A DNA stretch of 64,000 nt from Alphaproteobacteria bacterium. Its GTDB lineage: Bacteria; Pseudomonadota; Alphaproteobacteria; CASFRQ01; SAAU01. Made by a program: the position numbers and the translations under genes. The DNA is taken from positions 17,531-81,530 of the forward strand of contig SAAU01000003.1 of the NCBI GenBank assembly GCA_009929265.1, given 5' to 3'. Under the pieces are notes generated by a model, which was not told the origin of the DNA, did no database searches, and worked only from the letters and a program-made list of their open reading frames with translations. Below, piece by piece: positions 62,459-64,000 of this stretch. The first letter of the stretch is position 1. The number at the start of each line of letters is the position of its first letter.

Positions 62459-62759
62459 CTTCTTTGTCCTCTAATTCCTGCCTTTTTTCCAAGGATTGGA
62501 TATACTTAAACACAGTCCACAAAGAAGTTAAAAAGCCTAAAAACAGAAATGTTGTTGTAAAAGTCGGCTTTGATCTAAAAATTTCATCTAAAAAAAGGCC
62601 TACCCCCCAACAAACAAGGGTAATTCCAGCAAAATCAGAAAGAATACGAACAGAAATACCGACCCCTTCTAAAGAAGATGTTTTTTTCACATCTTCTTTT
62701 TTTATTTTTTTCTCAAAGGAGGCTATTTTTTCACCTAAATCTTGGTATTCTTCGTCCAT
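62451..62759 (-). CDS. atpI: ATP synthase protein I (AtpI/AtpZ-like)
   Basis: Small 2-TM protein immediately upstream of atpB. Confidence 0.5.
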   Translation of the reverse strand: MDEEYQDLGEKIASFEKKIKKEDVKKTSSLEGVGISVRILSDFAGITLVCWGVGLFLDEIFRSKPTFTTTFLFLGFLTSLWTVFKYIQSLEKRQELEDKEDE

Positions 62760-62777
62760 TTTTCTCCCCTTTTTAGA

Positions 62778-63509
62778 CTATCTATCCTTAAATAATGTAT
62801 TGATTTTCTTGAAAAGTTTGTTCTTATCCGCCCCAATAACTTTACGAGTTTCATCCCCTTTTATAAGAACAAAACTTGGAGTGCTCATTACATCATATTT
62901 CTCAATCATTTCATCTCTTTTTGAAATTAAAGTTCTTAAAGTTTTTTGATTTGAAAGACATTTTTTAACATCTTCCTTGGAAAGCCCCTCTAAAGAAGCA
63001 TAACCCATCACAATTTTTTGAGCATCTTTTTGGAACGCCCAATTTTCTTGGTTAGAATAAAGAACGTTGATAAAATCAAAATATCTGCTTGGCGCAACAC
63101 AATGGGAAATCATGGCGCCTGCCAAAGCACGTCTATCAAAAGGCATGTCTACATACGTTAATTGAACTAAACCTTTATCAATATATTCTTTTTTTAATTC
63201 AGGAAGAATTTTTGTATAAAAAACAGCACAATGAGAGCACGTTAAGGAAGAGAACACATACATTTTCAAAGGAGCTTTATCATCGCCCATCACCCCAAGT
63301 TCTTTTACCTCAGTTGGTTTTTCAACAGATTTTTGTTCCTTTTCTTCCGCCTTTTCTTCTATTTTTTGAGAAGGCGTTGTTTCTTTGGCCGCCACAACTT
63401 GTTCCACGGGGGCCTTATCTGCCGTTTTTTGGATTAAAGCTTCATCTGCTTGTGCAGAGGCAACAGAAAAAAGTCCAACTAAAGCAACTGTTGTCAATAG
63501 GTATTTCAT
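62778..63509 (-). CDS. DsbA-family thiol:disulfide oxidoreductase
   Basis: Signal peptide and a thioredoxin fold with the CxxC active site (TCSHCAVF). Confidence 0.7.
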   Translation of the reverse strand: MKYLLTTVALVGLFSVASAQADEALIQKTADKAPVEQVVAAKETTPSQKIEEKAEEKEQKSVEKPTEVKELGVMGDDKAPLKMYVFSSLTCSHCAVFYTKILPELKKEYIDKGLVQLTYVDMPFDRRALAGAMISHCVAPSRYFDFINVLYSNQENWAFQKDAQKIVMGYASLEGLSKEDVKKCLSNQKTLRTLISKRDEMIEKYDVMSTPSFVLIKGDETRKVIGADKNKLFKKINTLFKDR

Positions 63510-63589
63510 TAAATTATCTCCTTTATAAAGATATAAATCGTATCAAACTTTCTTGGAGTTTAAATTTTTTTATTTTTAAGTGCAAGTCT

Positions 63590-63985
63590 TTATTTCGATT
63601 TTTTGCTTAAAATAGACTTTCCTAGCTTTTCAAGAAGGGCTTTCAGCTCTTTGTCTTCTACTTCTTTGACCGCATTTTCAATAAAGCCCATTTCTTGATC
63701 TGAAATTTCGTGAAGAGGCGTTTCCTTTTTATTAGAAAGTGGCTCTTTTTTAAAACGGGCCCCACTTGACTGAGAAATTCGAACCCCTTTTACCGCTTTA
63801 TAGCCAAAAATCCGATTGATTTTTTGAACAACTTGCTCTTTTCTGTATTCAAAAAGAAGCGCATATGAGCCATTTTTTGCCGTGACAAGCAGCGTTCCAT
63901 CGGTTTGTTTTCCTTTTGGATAAGAGATTCTGTCAGGATGAACCCCTATTGATAAATCAGATCCAACGATATCCTCCCAATTCAA
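63590..63985 (-). CDS. DUF721-like protein; the N-terminus may extend beyond the window end
   Basis: The pattern TLLVTAKNGSYALLFEYRKEQVVQKINRIFGY resembles DUF721, but I am not confident of the assignment. Confidence 0.35.
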   Translation of the reverse strand: MNWEDIVGSDLSIGVHPDRISYPKGKQTDGTLLVTAKNGSYALLFEYRKEQVVQKINRIFGYKAVKGVRISQSSGARFKKEPLSNKKETPLHEISDQEMGFIENAVKEVEDKELKALLEKLGKSILSKKSK

Positions 63986-64000
63986 GATAACATCGCTTGA

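Noticed and set aside
60549-62759. Split F0 ATP synthase operon (atpI-B-E-F'-F without the F1 genes) as an anomaly
   Set aside because: A separate F0 cluster with two b-type subunits is the normal organisation in alphaproteobacteria, so it is not unusual.
63089-63610. 173-aa plus-strand ORF
   Set aside because: It is antisense to the DsbA-like gene, with no RBS and a compositional artefact.

Overview
The window reads as a chromosomal segment from an AT-rich, alphaproteobacterial-type genome. I infer this from the gene orders bamD-recN-ligA, ihfB followed by a LapA-like gene, rpsF-rpsR-rplI, prfA-prmC, a split atpI-B-E-F'-F F0 operon, a DUF2934 small protein and a RodZ-like HTH protein. Most genes are housekeeping: accD, ihfB, a D-Ala-D-Ala carboxypeptidase, bamD, recN, ligA, ribosomal proteins, prfA/prmC, ppdK, greA, lnt, rnr, aas, the ATP synthase F0 genes and a DsbA-like protein. 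There are also cell-envelope loci: an rfbBDCA dTDP-rhamnose operon with glycosyltransferases, a tolC-macA-ABC efflux operon, a large autotransporter, and a porin-like outer-membrane protein. Three tRNAs are present: Ser-TGA, Val-GAC and Lys-CTT. Several small accessory islets are embedded in this backbone. (1) The window opens inside a very AT-rich element carrying a 5'-truncated large serine recombinase, next to the 3' end of tRNA-Ser. (2) A complete IS1595-family insertion sequence sits between rfbA and tRNA-Lys, with 15-bp perfect inverted repeats and an 8-bp A-tract target duplication. (3) Immediately downstream of tRNA-Lys is an extremely AT-rich islet encoding an Abi_2 (AbiD/AbiF-like) abortive-infection protein. 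(4) Uncharacterised genes lie at about 29 kb and 45.8-48.4 kb. Three unusual proteins stand out: a 1074-aa protein with an acidic tandem-repeat N-terminus, one transmembrane helix and an AsmA/TamB-like periplasmic body; a GT2-GNAT fusion; and a MobA-like nucleotidyltransferase fused to a large N-terminal domain. I found no CRISPR array and no rRNA. Family assignments come from reading the ORF translations for motifs and domain order, not from database searches.
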